Source of the DNA: Bordetella parapertussis
GTDB lineage: Bacteria; Pseudomonadota; Gammaproteobacteria; Burkholderiales; Burkholderiaceae_C
Reading direction: 5' to 3'
Assembly (NCBI GenBank): GCA_945901125.1
Contig: CAMDKD010000001.1
Span: 70,894 to 102,893 of the forward strand
DNA length: 32,000 nucleotides
Shown: positions 10,809 through 18,766 of the stretch, piece after piece
How positions within the stretch are numbered: position 1 is the first letter of the stretch
Layout: every line of letters starts with the position of its first letter
Notes under the pieces: model-generated
What the model saw: the letters and a program-made list of their open reading frames with translations, nothing else
Told to the model about the DNA's origin: nothing
Databases searched by the model: none
Made by a program: the position numbers and the translations under genes

Positions 10809-11921
10809 ATGGCAGATTTGCTTATCCAAGGGCTTCACAAATACTACGGCAACAACCATGTGGTCAAAGGCATAGACCTGTCCATACCTGCCGGGGAATT
10901 CACGGTGCTGGTCGGCCAATCCGGTTGCGGCAAAAGCACATTGCTGCGAACCATTGCCGGACTCGAATATGCCGATCAAGGCAGTTTGTCTATTGCCGGT
11001 CAACGTGTGAACGACATGCCGCCTAAGGACCGCGACATTGCCATGGTGTTTCAAAACTATGCGCTCTATCCTTACATGACGGTGTTCGACAACATCGCTT
11101 TCGGACTGCGCGCGCGCAAAACCCCGGCGGCCGAGATACCGGGCAAAGTACAGCGCGCCGCCGACATGCTGGCCATCAGCCACTTGCTGGACCGCTATCC
11201 GCGTCAGTTATCCGGCGGTCAGTTGCAGCGCGTAGCCATCGGTCGCGCGGTGGTGCGGGATGCGCGTTTGTATTTGTTTGACGAGCCCTTGTCCAACCTT
11301 GACGCACAACTGCGTGACGAGATGCGCGGCGAAATCAAGCGACTGCACCAGGAACTGGGCAAGACCATGATTTACGTCACTCACGATCAAATCGAAGCCA
11401 TGACGCTGGCTGACCGAATTGTGTTGATGCGCGAAGGCCAGATAGAACAACAAGGCGCACCGCTTGAATTGTTTGAGCATCCGCGCACCCGTTACGTCGC
11501 CGGTTTTCTGGGTTCACCGTCCATGAATTTCATTCCTGCGGTGCTGCACTCAGACAGCCATGGCTTGAACGCGCAGATTGCACCCGGTTTATCGCTGACA
11601 CTGCCCCCAGTGCGTTTCGGTCATTTGCAAAACAGAACTGGCACGGCCATAGAACTCGGCATACGGCCTGAACACATGCGCAAACAAGCGTCAGAGCACG
11701 AAGATATTGCGCGAATCAGTGTTGATATTGAATTGGTGCAGCCCACGGGTTCACGCACTTTTGTCGAATTCAAACTCGGCAATACCGCGACCGTTGCTGA
11801 GTTACTCGCCCGCGATGTGCATCGCAGCGGCGAGCGATTGGCATTGGAGATAGATATGAACCGCGTCATCGTCATCGATCCCGCCAGCGGCTTGGTGATT
11901 GCGAATGGCGTAACTGTTTGA
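10809..11921 (+). CDS. ABC transporter ATP-binding protein (UgpC/MalK-like)
   Basis: Walker A is GQSGCGKST, the signature is LSGGQLQRVAIGRA and Walker B is LYLFDEPLSNLD. A C-terminal regulatory/TOBE-like extension is present. Confidence 0.9.
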   Translation: MADLLIQGLHKYYGNNHVVKGIDLSIPAGEFTVLVGQSGCGKSTLLRTIAGLEYADQGSLSIAGQRVNDMPPKDRDIAMVFQNYALYPYMTVFDNIAFGLRARKTPAAEIPGKVQRAADMLAISHLLDRYPRQLSGGQLQRVAIGRAVVRDARLYLFDEPLSNLDAQLRDEMRGEIKRLHQELGKTMIYVTHDQIEAMTLADRIVLMREGQIEQQGAPLELFEHPRTRYVAGFLGSPSMNFIPAVLHSDSHGLNAQIAPGLSLTLPPVRFGHLQNRTGTAIELGIRPEHMRKQASEHEDIARISVDIELVQPTGSRTFVEFKLGNTATVAELLARDVHRSGERLALEIDMNRVIVIDPASGLVIANGVTV

Positions 11922-11940
11922 TTTTTTTCAGGAGCACACC

Positions 11941-13932
11941 ATGGCATTGGCTGAACCTTCCTCATTGATCAAAACCACTGGCACCTTGGAAGCCGACACA
12001 GCGGGCAAAACGCTGGTAGCAGGTGCGCTGTCCGTCGAATTTGACAACGGCAATTTGCGCTACATACGCCTCAAAGGTGTCGAGGTATTGCGTGCCCTCT
12101 CCTTTCTGGTGCGGGATGAAAATTGGGGCACTTACACGCCTGTGTTGCGTAATCTTTCTGTCAAGCAGCAGCCCAGTAGCTTTGTCATCAGTTACCAGGC
12201 CAGTTGCACACGCCAAGATCAATCGATTGACTACGAAGCGCATATCGAAGGCCATGCAGATGGCTCATTGATTTTTCGCGGCAAGGCCATACCGAAAACT
12301 GATTTTCTGACTGCGCGCACCGGTTTCGTTGTATTGCATCCGCTCACAGGCGTGGTCGGCCAGGCGCTCAAGGTTGAGCACGTAGACGGCACGGTGACAG
12401 AAAGTCAATTTCCTGAACAGGTCAATCCCGACTGCCCGTTCCGCAATATCAGAGCGCTGTCACACCAAGTGTTGCCCGGTGTATGGGCGCGTTGCGTCAT
12501 GCAAGGCGATGCGTTTGAAATGGAAGACCACCGCAACTGGACCGACGCGTCTTTCAAAACCTATGTGCGCCCGCTCTCGCGCCCCTGGCCTTACACCTTG
12601 CCTGCCGGTGAGGCGATTGAGCAATCGGTCAGCCTGCATTTTTCAGGACCGGTTCCCGGGCATGCTTCTTCAGCCAAAGCCGCGCCTTTGAAAGTTCGAA
12701 TAGGTTCGGTTTCTGACACCGTGATTCCATCCATAGGTCTGGGCGTTCCCGCTGAGGAAGCGGGCAACGCACTGTCTAAATTGTCATTGATGAAAAATCT
12801 GGCGCCCCAATTTCTGGTGTGCTTCTTCGATCCTCGCCAACACCACGGCGAGGCCTTGCTGCGTCAATACGCACAACTCAGCCGCGAGTTGCGTGCACAA
12901 GTGATGCTAGAAGTGGTGGTGCAAAGTCTGGACGGTTTTGCAGCCGAACTCTTGCAGGTAGCTGCTCATGCGCAGGCGGCTGGTTTGCAACCGGATATGG
13001 TGTGCGTATGTCCTGTGGGGCATTTAAAGTCTGTGCTGCCTGGCGGCATTTACCCGCCAGCACCTGAGTTGCATTCGCTTTATCTGGCGGCGCGCCAAGC
13101 TTTTCCGAAGGCACGACTTGGCGGTGGCATGTTTTCGTTTTTCACTGAGCTCAATCGCAAACGCCCGCCTTGCGAAGCCTTGGATTTCATCACCAATTCC
13201 ACCAGCCCCATCGTGCACGCTGCCGATGACCGCTCGGTCATGGAAACGCTGGAAGCCTTGCCTTGGCAGATTGAAACCGGCCAACATTTCTCCGGCGGCA
13301 AACCGCACCACGTGGGACCCAGCGGCATAGGCGCGCGCGACAACCCGCATGGTGCGCGTTACTCGGACAACACTAACAACAGTCGAGTTTGTCTCGCCAA
13401 AATGGACCCACGTCAGCGCGGTTTGTTTTCAGCTGCATGGACACTGGGCTATGTCAGCACGCTGGTTCATGCCGGGGTGGCGCGCATCAGCATGGCCGCA
13501 CCTACAGGTCCGCTGGGTGTGATGTATTCCCGCCAAGCAGATCAAGCTCAGCCGTGGTTTGATGGTCTGCCAAACCCAATGGCAGCGCACACGGTGTTTC
13601 CGGTGTTTCATACCTTGAGCTCTTTGAATTGCGCTTCAGGACACAAACTGCTGAATATCAGCAACAGCGATTCGCAACGGCTCGCCAGCCTGGGTTGGCA
13701 AGACGCCCAAGGCAAACGCATTTTGTTTGCCAACTTGAGCGCTCAAGCCTTGAAGATAGACCTGAGCGGCCTGAGCAAAAAAGCCTGCGCAGGCGTATTG
13801 GATGAACAGAGTTTTGTGCAAGCCTGTACGGATTCACACGCATTCCGTCTGGCCAGCCATTGGCTTGACAGCAAAAAAGGCTTGACCCTGGGCGCGTACG
13901 CCGTGGCCTGTGTGTTTGATCCAAAAGGCTGA
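11941..13932 (+). CDS. conserved protein of unknown function; last gene of the ABC transporter operon
   Basis: 663-aa ORF starting 19 nt after the ATPase stop, with host-like codon usage. I recognise no diagnostic motif. Confidence 0.6.
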   Translation: MALAEPSSLIKTTGTLEADTAGKTLVAGALSVEFDNGNLRYIRLKGVEVLRALSFLVRDENWGTYTPVLRNLSVKQQPSSFVISYQASCTRQDQSIDYEAHIEGHADGSLIFRGKAIPKTDFLTARTGFVVLHPLTGVVGQALKVEHVDGTVTESQFPEQVNPDCPFRNIRALSHQVLPGVWARCVMQGDAFEMEDHRNWTDASFKTYVRPLSRPWPYTLPAGEAIEQSVSLHFSGPVPGHASSAKAAPLKVRIGSVSDTVIPSIGLGVPAEEAGNALSKLSLMKNLAPQFLVCFFDPRQHHGEALLRQYAQLSRELRAQVMLEVVVQSLDGFAAELLQVAAHAQAAGLQPDMVCVCPVGHLKSVLPGGIYPPAPELHSLYLAARQAFPKARLGGGMFSFFTELNRKRPPCEALDFITNSTSPIVHAADDRSVMETLEALPWQIETGQHFSGGKPHHVGPSGIGARDNPHGARYSDNTNNSRVCLAKMDPRQRGLFSAAWTLGYVSTLVHAGVARISMAAPTGPLGVMYSRQADQAQPWFDGLPNPMAAHTVFPVFHTLSSLNCASGHKLLNISNSDSQRLASLGWQDAQGKRILFANLSAQALKIDLSGLSKKACAGVLDEQSFVQACTDSHAFRLASHWLDSKKGLTLGAYAVACVFDPKG

Positions 13933-13953
13933 TGGCTTGTCGGTGAAACTCAG

Positions 13954-14649
13954 TCAAAGCGGCAGAGTTTTACCGTCGTAATTCAAAAATGCACCCGATT
14001 GTTTGAGCGTCAAGCCACGGAATCTGGCCAGCAGCCCGGCAGCGCTTTCCTGCGGACTGATGTCTGCACCAGCGCCACCCATGTCGGTACGTACCCAACC
14101 GGGGTGAAATGAAGTCACGGTGATGCCGGAAGATTTGAGTTCATGCGACAAAGTCACCATCAAATTGTTTGCACCTGCTTTAGATGCGCGGTAAAAGTGT
14201 GCAGATGTACCCTCGTGCTGTTGGCTTCCCATGTAGGAAGAGATGATGGCGATGCGCGGGTTTTTGCTGGTCTTGAGCTGGCTTAAAAAAGCCCGGGCAG
14301 TGAAAAATGGTCCCGCCATGTTGGTCATCAAGACCTCTGAAATAGCGGCTGCGTTGTTGTCGGTGTCTTCGATACCGCCGCGAGCACTGATGACACCGGC
14401 GTTGCACACCACCACATCGATAGAGCCTTTGACCTGAGCGGCAATCGCATTCAGCGCTGCCTCGTCGCAGGCGTCGGCGGCATACACCACGCCAGCTCCT
14501 TTGGATGCTGCAACCAATGCATTCAATTCGGTGGCCTGCGCAGGCTGACGGCAAATGGCGATCAAGCGGTCGCCGGCGGCGAGGATGCTCCGGGACATTT
14601 CTAGGCCGATGCCACGGTTGGCGCCGGTGATGAGGTAGGTGTCTGACAT
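13954..14649 (-). CDS. short-chain dehydrogenase/reductase (SDR)
   Basis: Trimmed to the ATG at 14649 (MSDTYLITGANRGIGLEM, TGxxxGxG motif). NAG is present (VVCNAGV) and the catalytic YxxxK is YRASKAG. Confidence 0.85.
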   Translation of the reverse strand: MSDTYLITGANRGIGLEMSRSILAAGDRLIAICRQPAQATELNALVAASKGAGVVYAADACDEAALNAIAAQVKGSIDVVVCNAGVISARGGIEDTDNNAAAISEVLMTNMAGPFFTARAFLSQLKTSKNPRIAIISSYMGSQQHEGTSAHFYRASKAGANNLMVTLSHELKSSGITVTSFHPGWVRTDMGGAGADISPQESAAGLLARFRGLTLKQSGAFLNYDGKTLPL

Positions 14650-14792
14650 TTTTTCTCGATCCATTGGTAAAAAGATATTTCTCAAATGTAACCAATTGAA
14701 AACACAGTCTTTTCATGATTCTTTAATAAGCAGTGGCAATCATCAATAATGATGCAATAATGCATCAATTTTTAAACTTAAAAGATCATTCC

Positions 14793-15002
14793 ATGCGAAC
14801 AACTGTGACCATTGATGACGAGCTTTATGCCCAGGCGCTGGAAGTAATTGATCCAGATATTGAAAAATCAGAACTTTTTCGCGAAGCACTGAAAGTATTT
14901 GTTCGCGTGGAATCAGCAAAGCGGCTAGCCGCCTTAGGCGGCATGGCACCGGCAATGAAATCCATACCCCGAAGACAAGCCAAACCAGCTTTGAATTCTT
15001 GA
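14793..15002 (+). CDS. vapB: type II antitoxin, VapB-like (ribbon-helix-helix/DUF2191-like)
   Basis: The internal ATG at 14793 gives MRTTVTIDDELYAQALEV, the usual antitoxin N-terminus. The stop lies 1 nt before the PIN toxin start. Confidence 0.7.
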   Translation: MRTTVTIDDELYAQALEVIDPDIEKSELFREALKVFVRVESAKRLAALGGMAPAMKSIPRRQAKPALNS

Positions 15003-15003
15003 C

Positions 15004-15381
15004 ATGGTGTTAGTGGACACCTCGGTCTGGGTACAACACTTCAGACAAAACAACCCCTATTTAGGCCATTTATTAAGCAATGACTTGGTACTGTGTCATC
15101 CCTTTGTTTTGTTGGAAATCGCTTGCGGCTCGCCGCCGTCGCCGCGACAACAAACTTTGGCATACCTCGGCAAATTACAAAAGATAAAAACAGCGACCAC
15201 GACAGAGGTTTTGAATTTCATTGAGTCGCAAGACCTGTACGAATCAGGTTGTGGGGCTGTAGATATCTCTCTGCTGGCATCTGTGCTTATCACGCCAAAT
15301 GCAAAACTGTGGACATTGGATAAAAAATTACATGCACTAGTCATCAAAACCAAAGTAGCGTTTGATACTTTGACGCAGTGA
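15004..15381 (+). CDS. vapC: PIN-domain ribonuclease toxin VapC
   Basis: 125 aa. The conserved acidic residues are D5 (MVLVDTSVW), E38 (LLEI), D87 (AVDISLL) and D106 (WTLDKK). Confidence 0.85.
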   Translation: MVLVDTSVWVQHFRQNNPYLGHLLSNDLVLCHPFVLLEIACGSPPSPRQQTLAYLGKLQKIKTATTTEVLNFIESQDLYESGCGAVDISLLASVLITPNAKLWTLDKKLHALVIKTKVAFDTLTQ

Positions 15382-15400
15382 TTTTAATTTGAAGAGATGA

Positions 15401-15412
15401 TTATTCCCACTC
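15401..15412. repeat. distal att copy: displaced remnant of the guaA 3' end (E-W-E-stop)
   Basis: TTATTCCCACTC here matches CTACTCCCACTC at 22985-22996 at 10 of 12 positions, with an 8-bp identical core TCCCACTC. It sits 19 nt after the vapC stop, exactly at the composition boundary. Confidence 0.6.
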
Positions 15413-15633
15413 AGTAGTTACTTGAATAAAATAGTCAATAAAATCAATAGGTTGCGTAACTTAAAAAACAGCGTGTAAGTTTTGTGCTACTTTTTTCATT
15501 TTTAACCCTTTAGTTCAACTAACGTAACCTATTCTTAATCAACGCTTAAGTGCCGCTTAGGTTACACAGGCTGTTGTGGGAAAGTGCTACAACGAAAAAA
15601 CACAAGCGCTCTTAATTATTTGCCATCATACAC

Positions 15634-15662
15634 GTGACATAGCACGCCATACAGCTTAAAAT
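15634..15662 (+). promoter_or_regulatory. candidate sigma70 promoter for the acyltransferase operon
   Basis: GTGACA (15634-15639), a 17-nt spacer and TAAAAT (15657-15662), about 30 nt upstream of ATG 15694. AGGA lies about 10 nt before the start. Confidence 0.35.
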
Positions 15663-15693
15663 TATTTCTAAATTTTAACAGGATTTTTGCTAA

Positions 15694-17703
15694 ATGAAAT
15701 ATAGAAAAGAGATAGACGGACTGAGGGCGTTAGCTGTATTACCCGTCATCTTGTTCCACGCAGGCTTTACAACTTTCAGCGGTGGCTTTGTAGGCGTTGA
15801 TATCTTCTTCGTAATTAGTGGCTATCTAATCACCACAATCATCGTAGATGAGATGGATAAGGGTTCATTTTCACTTCTTAACTTTTACGAACGAAGAGCC
15901 CGAAGAATCTTACCAGCCTTATTTTTTGTAATCCTGTGTACGCTTCCATTCGCTTGGTTTTGGATGTTACCGCAAGACTTGAAAAGCTTTTCACAAAGTT
16001 TAGTAGCCGTTCCACTCTTTGCCTCAAACGTTCTTTTTTGGCTTACAAGCGGTTACTTTGATACTGCCTCTGAGCTTAAGCCTTTGCTTCATACTTGGAG
16101 CTTAGCTGTTGAGGAACAGTACTATGTCTTGTTCCCACTATTCTTAATGCTTGCTTGGAAATTAGGTAAAAAGTGGATTATTTCCTTACTAATAATAGTT
16201 GCTATTGTTAGCGTATCTGCCGCGCAATATGGCTCAACAAACCATCCATCATTCACCTTTTATCTGTTACCAACACGGGCTTTTGAGATACTTATTGGAG
16301 CCTTAATATCTTTGTATATTAATCACAAACAAAGTATAATTTCAGTCAGTCAGTCAGTCAGTCAGTCAGTCAGTCTGGCTGGTTTGGCACTTGTTCTTTA
16401 CGCAATATTCGCTTTTGATAAGAACACACCATCCCCAAGTTTATACACACTTATACCAACAGTCGGCGCTGGTTTAATTCTAGTATTTGCGAACAACAAA
16501 AACATAGTTGGCAAACTACTGGGAAGTAAAGTAGCTGTAGGAATTGGTTTAATAAGTTATAGCGCTTACTTATGGCATCAGCCATTGCTAGCCTTTGCTA
16601 GATTAAGAAGCATCAATGAACCAAGCCATTTATTGCTTGGACTATTAGCAATGCTATCAATTTTGATGGGTTACTTAAGTTGGAAATATATTGAAACTCC
16701 ATTTAGAAATAAAAATACAATCAGACGTAATTCAGTCTTTGTTTGTAGCGTTACAGGAAGTATTTTTTTTATAGCTATTGGGCTTTATGGACATCTTACA
16801 AAAGGGATTCCAAACAGATTGCCCGCAAGTTCAGCTTCCATTTTCTTTGCCGTTAATGATAAAAACCCAAGGCAAGCCGAATGTCATTTTGGAACAGAAA
16901 AATTTCCTAAACCTCAAGATTCGTGCGTATTAGGAAGCCTAGATAATATACAAGGTGCTCTGCTTGGAGATTCACACGCTGATGCTATTTCCTATGAGTT
17001 AGAGAAAAATCTTGAACTAAAAAATTTAGGATTTTTGAGCCTAACTTACTCTGGATGCCCACCCATACAAAATGTTTATCGAGTAGATGCTCCAATAACA
17101 AATAAATGTTATGAATATAACGAACAAACATTCAGATTTTTACTACAAAATCCAAAAATTCATTACGTAGTTCTATCAGCTAGATGGACTTTATACCTCG
17201 AAAAAAATAGGTACAACAATACTGAGGGAGGTATTGAGGATGGGGAAGATGCGTTTATTGATGTCGTTAGTAACGGCAACAGAAAAATTAATGATGAATT
17301 AACTAGAAAAGATTTAGTAAAGAAAAGTTACCGTACAACAATTGAAAATTTACTACAAGCTGGTAAAAAGGTAATCGTTGTCTACCCAATACCAGAAGTA
17401 GGATGGGATGTTCCAGTTAGACAATTAAAGAAAATATTATTTAACGAGTCAAATGTTGAACCTATAACAACATCCTATTCATCTTTCCAAGTTAGAAATG
17501 AGTCAACAATAAGGGCGCTTGATTCAATTCCCAGCAATGTAAATCTTATACGAATAAAGCCAGAAAAAATTCTTTGTAATAGCTTTATTAAAGATAGATG
17601 TATCACTCAAATTGACTCTAAAATTCTCTATTATGATGACGATCATTTGTCGAATGAAGGAGCTAAGCTGGTAATTAACGAGGTAATGAAGTTTGTAAAG
17701 TGA
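15694..17703 (+). CDS. OafA/YrhL-type acyltransferase-3 membrane domain fused to a C-terminal SGNH domain (surface-glycan O-acyl/acetyltransferase)
   Basis: 669 aa. The AT3 N-terminus is MKYRKEIDGLRALAVLPVILFHAG followed by FFVISGYLIT, with about 10 hydrophobic segments. SGNH block I is LLGDSHADAIS and block V is YYDDDHLSNEGA. Confidence 0.9.
   Translation: MKYRKEIDGLRALAVLPVILFHAGFTTFSGGFVGVDIFFVISGYLITTIIVDEMDKGSFSLLNFYERRARRILPALFFVILCTLPFAWFWMLPQDLKSFSQSLVAVPLFASNVLFWLTSGYFDTASELKPLLHTWSLAVEEQYYVLFPLFLMLAWKLGKKWIISLLIIVAIVSVSAAQYGSTNHPSFTFYLLPTRAFEILIGALISLYINHKQSIISVSQSVSQSVSLAGLALVLYAIFAFDKNTPSPSLYTLIPTVGAGLILVFANNKNIVGKLLGSKVAVGIGLISYSAYLWHQPLLAFARLRSINEPSHLLLGLLAMLSILMGYLSWKYIETPFRNKNTIRRNSVFVCSVTGSIFFIAIGLYGHLTKGIPNRLPASSASIFFAVNDKNPRQAECHFGTEKFPKPQDSCVLGSLDNIQGALLGDSHADAISYELEKNLELKNLGFLSLTYSGCPPIQNVYRVDAPITNKCYEYNEQTFRFLLQNPKIHYVVLSARWTLYLEKNRYNNTEGGIEDGEDAFIDVVSNGNRKINDELTRKDLVKKSYRTTIENLLQAGKKVIVVYPIPEVGWDVPVRQLKKILFNESNVEPITTSYSSFQVRNESTIRALDSIPSNVNLIRIKPEKILCNSFIKDRCITQIDSKILYYDDDHLSNEGAKLVINEVMKFVK
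16342..16375 (+). repeat. perfect tetranucleotide microsatellite (TCAG)8 plus TC inside the acyltransferase CDS
   Basis: Counted base by base: TCAG x8 spans 16342-16373 and TC follows. The tract begins on a codon boundary (16342 - 15694 = 648) and is read as SVSQSVSQSVSL. Confidence 0.95.
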
Positions 17704-17732
17704 AAGTAATTTAATCAACAAAGGAGAAGGCT

Positions 17733-17945
17733 ATGAATCGCATTGAACAGATTAAGTTAGAACAAAAGAAGTTGGCAGACGAACTTGAAAGCGAGATGCT
17801 AAAAGAACGTGCCAATGTACTTGCGAGGATGAAGGAAGACATTAAGTTGTTTGGCTTTAAGACTAGTGACTTTAAGGGTGTACTTGCTACACGCAAAAAA
17901 CGTGGCACAGCGGTTAAGAAAGTTGTAGCTAAAAGTAAACCTTAA
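17733..17945 (+). CDS. small coiled-coil protein resembling the N-terminal oligomerisation domain of betaproteobacterial H-NS, without the DNA-binding domain
   Basis: 70 aa with RBS AAGGAG 7 nt upstream. The heptad-like region is IEQIKLEQKKLADELESEMLKERANVLARMKEDIKLFGFKTSDF, which compares with the H-NS pattern ...yGLTxeDl. It ends in a basic tail RKKRGTAVKKVVAKSKP and has no TWxGRG-type motif. Confidence 0.45.
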   Translation: MNRIEQIKLEQKKLADELESEMLKERANVLARMKEDIKLFGFKTSDFKGVLATRKKRGTAVKKVVAKSKP

Positions 17946-17962
17946 ACGAAACAGGTACAACT

Positions 17963-18766
17963 ATGCCAGCTCCTAAAATTCCTCGTAAGCCCATTCCTAA
18001 GTTCACAAAAGCTGAACTTAATAGAGCCAATCTTTGTGCTGAAGCACTTTGGTATGGAGTGAATTTTAAGACTGGTGACTTGTACCCTATCAGTGACGCA
18101 AACTTAATGAGCAGATTTGCGTTTAACTTTTACCATTACCACAAGAATAAGAAGAAGTTCCAGCCCGATATTTTTGTGGCTGATGTTCGTGAATTAATCT
18201 TAGCTTGTGGCATTAAGATGCTATTTCGCGGTATAGCTGAAATGGACTTAAGAAAAGGAATTAACAGTCTGTATAAAGACGTTTATCCGCTCTTTCAAAA
18301 GTCACTTAAAAGTCCAAGTAGAGTTAGCTCACATCAAGTCGCGGTTAAGTGTTTAGAAAGCTTAAGCAAAGGGCTTGTTAAAAACCCAGCCGCAAATCGT
18401 CTTAATCTTGCGTCACGCATACTGTTCTTCTTATTGCCAAACATACAGGCGTTTAATATGAATAATAGTGTTGCTATATTTTTCGGTTTACAAACACGTC
18501 CTCATCATCATTACACTGAATACTTTGAGTTGTTTAGCAAGGGATTGGTTACTAACCAAACTAACTTAAGCAAGTACAAGATGCCACCAGCACGTGATGA
18601 TTTAGACGTAGTAACTTGGAATGAAGCAAGCAGAACTGATTGGTGGAAAAGACGTGTGCTGGACTTAGCTGTGCTACTACACACAAGTCCAAACATATCT
18701 GTGTACCCTAATCTACGCTATATGATTAAACAGCAGATTAAAGCTGACAAGCTAAGCCAACCTTAA
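17963..18766 (+). CDS. hypothetical protein, 267 aa, third gene of the acyltransferase operon
   Basis: The ORF starts 17 nt after the previous stop and has island-like AT-rich codon usage. It has no motif I can assign. It appears helical and contains NLASRILFFLLPNIQAFNMNN. Confidence 0.6.
   Translation: MPAPKIPRKPIPKFTKAELNRANLCAEALWYGVNFKTGDLYPISDANLMSRFAFNFYHYHKNKKKFQPDIFVADVRELILACGIKMLFRGIAEMDLRKGINSLYKDVYPLFQKSLKSPSRVSSHQVAVKCLESLSKGLVKNPAANRLNLASRILFFLLPNIQAFNMNNSVAIFFGLQTRPHHHYTEYFELFSKGLVTNQTNLSKYKMPPARDDLDVVTWNEASRTDWWKRRVLDLAVLLHTSPNISVYPNLRYMIKQQIKADKLSQP

Noticed and set aside
15446-15533. Imperfect inverted repeat (14/17) flanking 54 bp upstream of the acyltransferase, considered as an invertible promoter switch for the small recombinase
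   Set aside because: The enclosed segment is very short and has no recognisable promoter. The candidate promoter lies outside it, at 15634-15662. The repeat overlaps the attL arm-motif cluster, so recombinase or accessory-protein binding is the simpler explanation.
16763-16770. T8 homopolymer inside the acyltransferase CDS as a second phase-variation tract
   Set aside because: Runs of 8 T are expected by chance in DNA this AT-rich, and they are at the lower limit for efficient slippage. The tetranucleotide tract is the only clearly non-random repeat.
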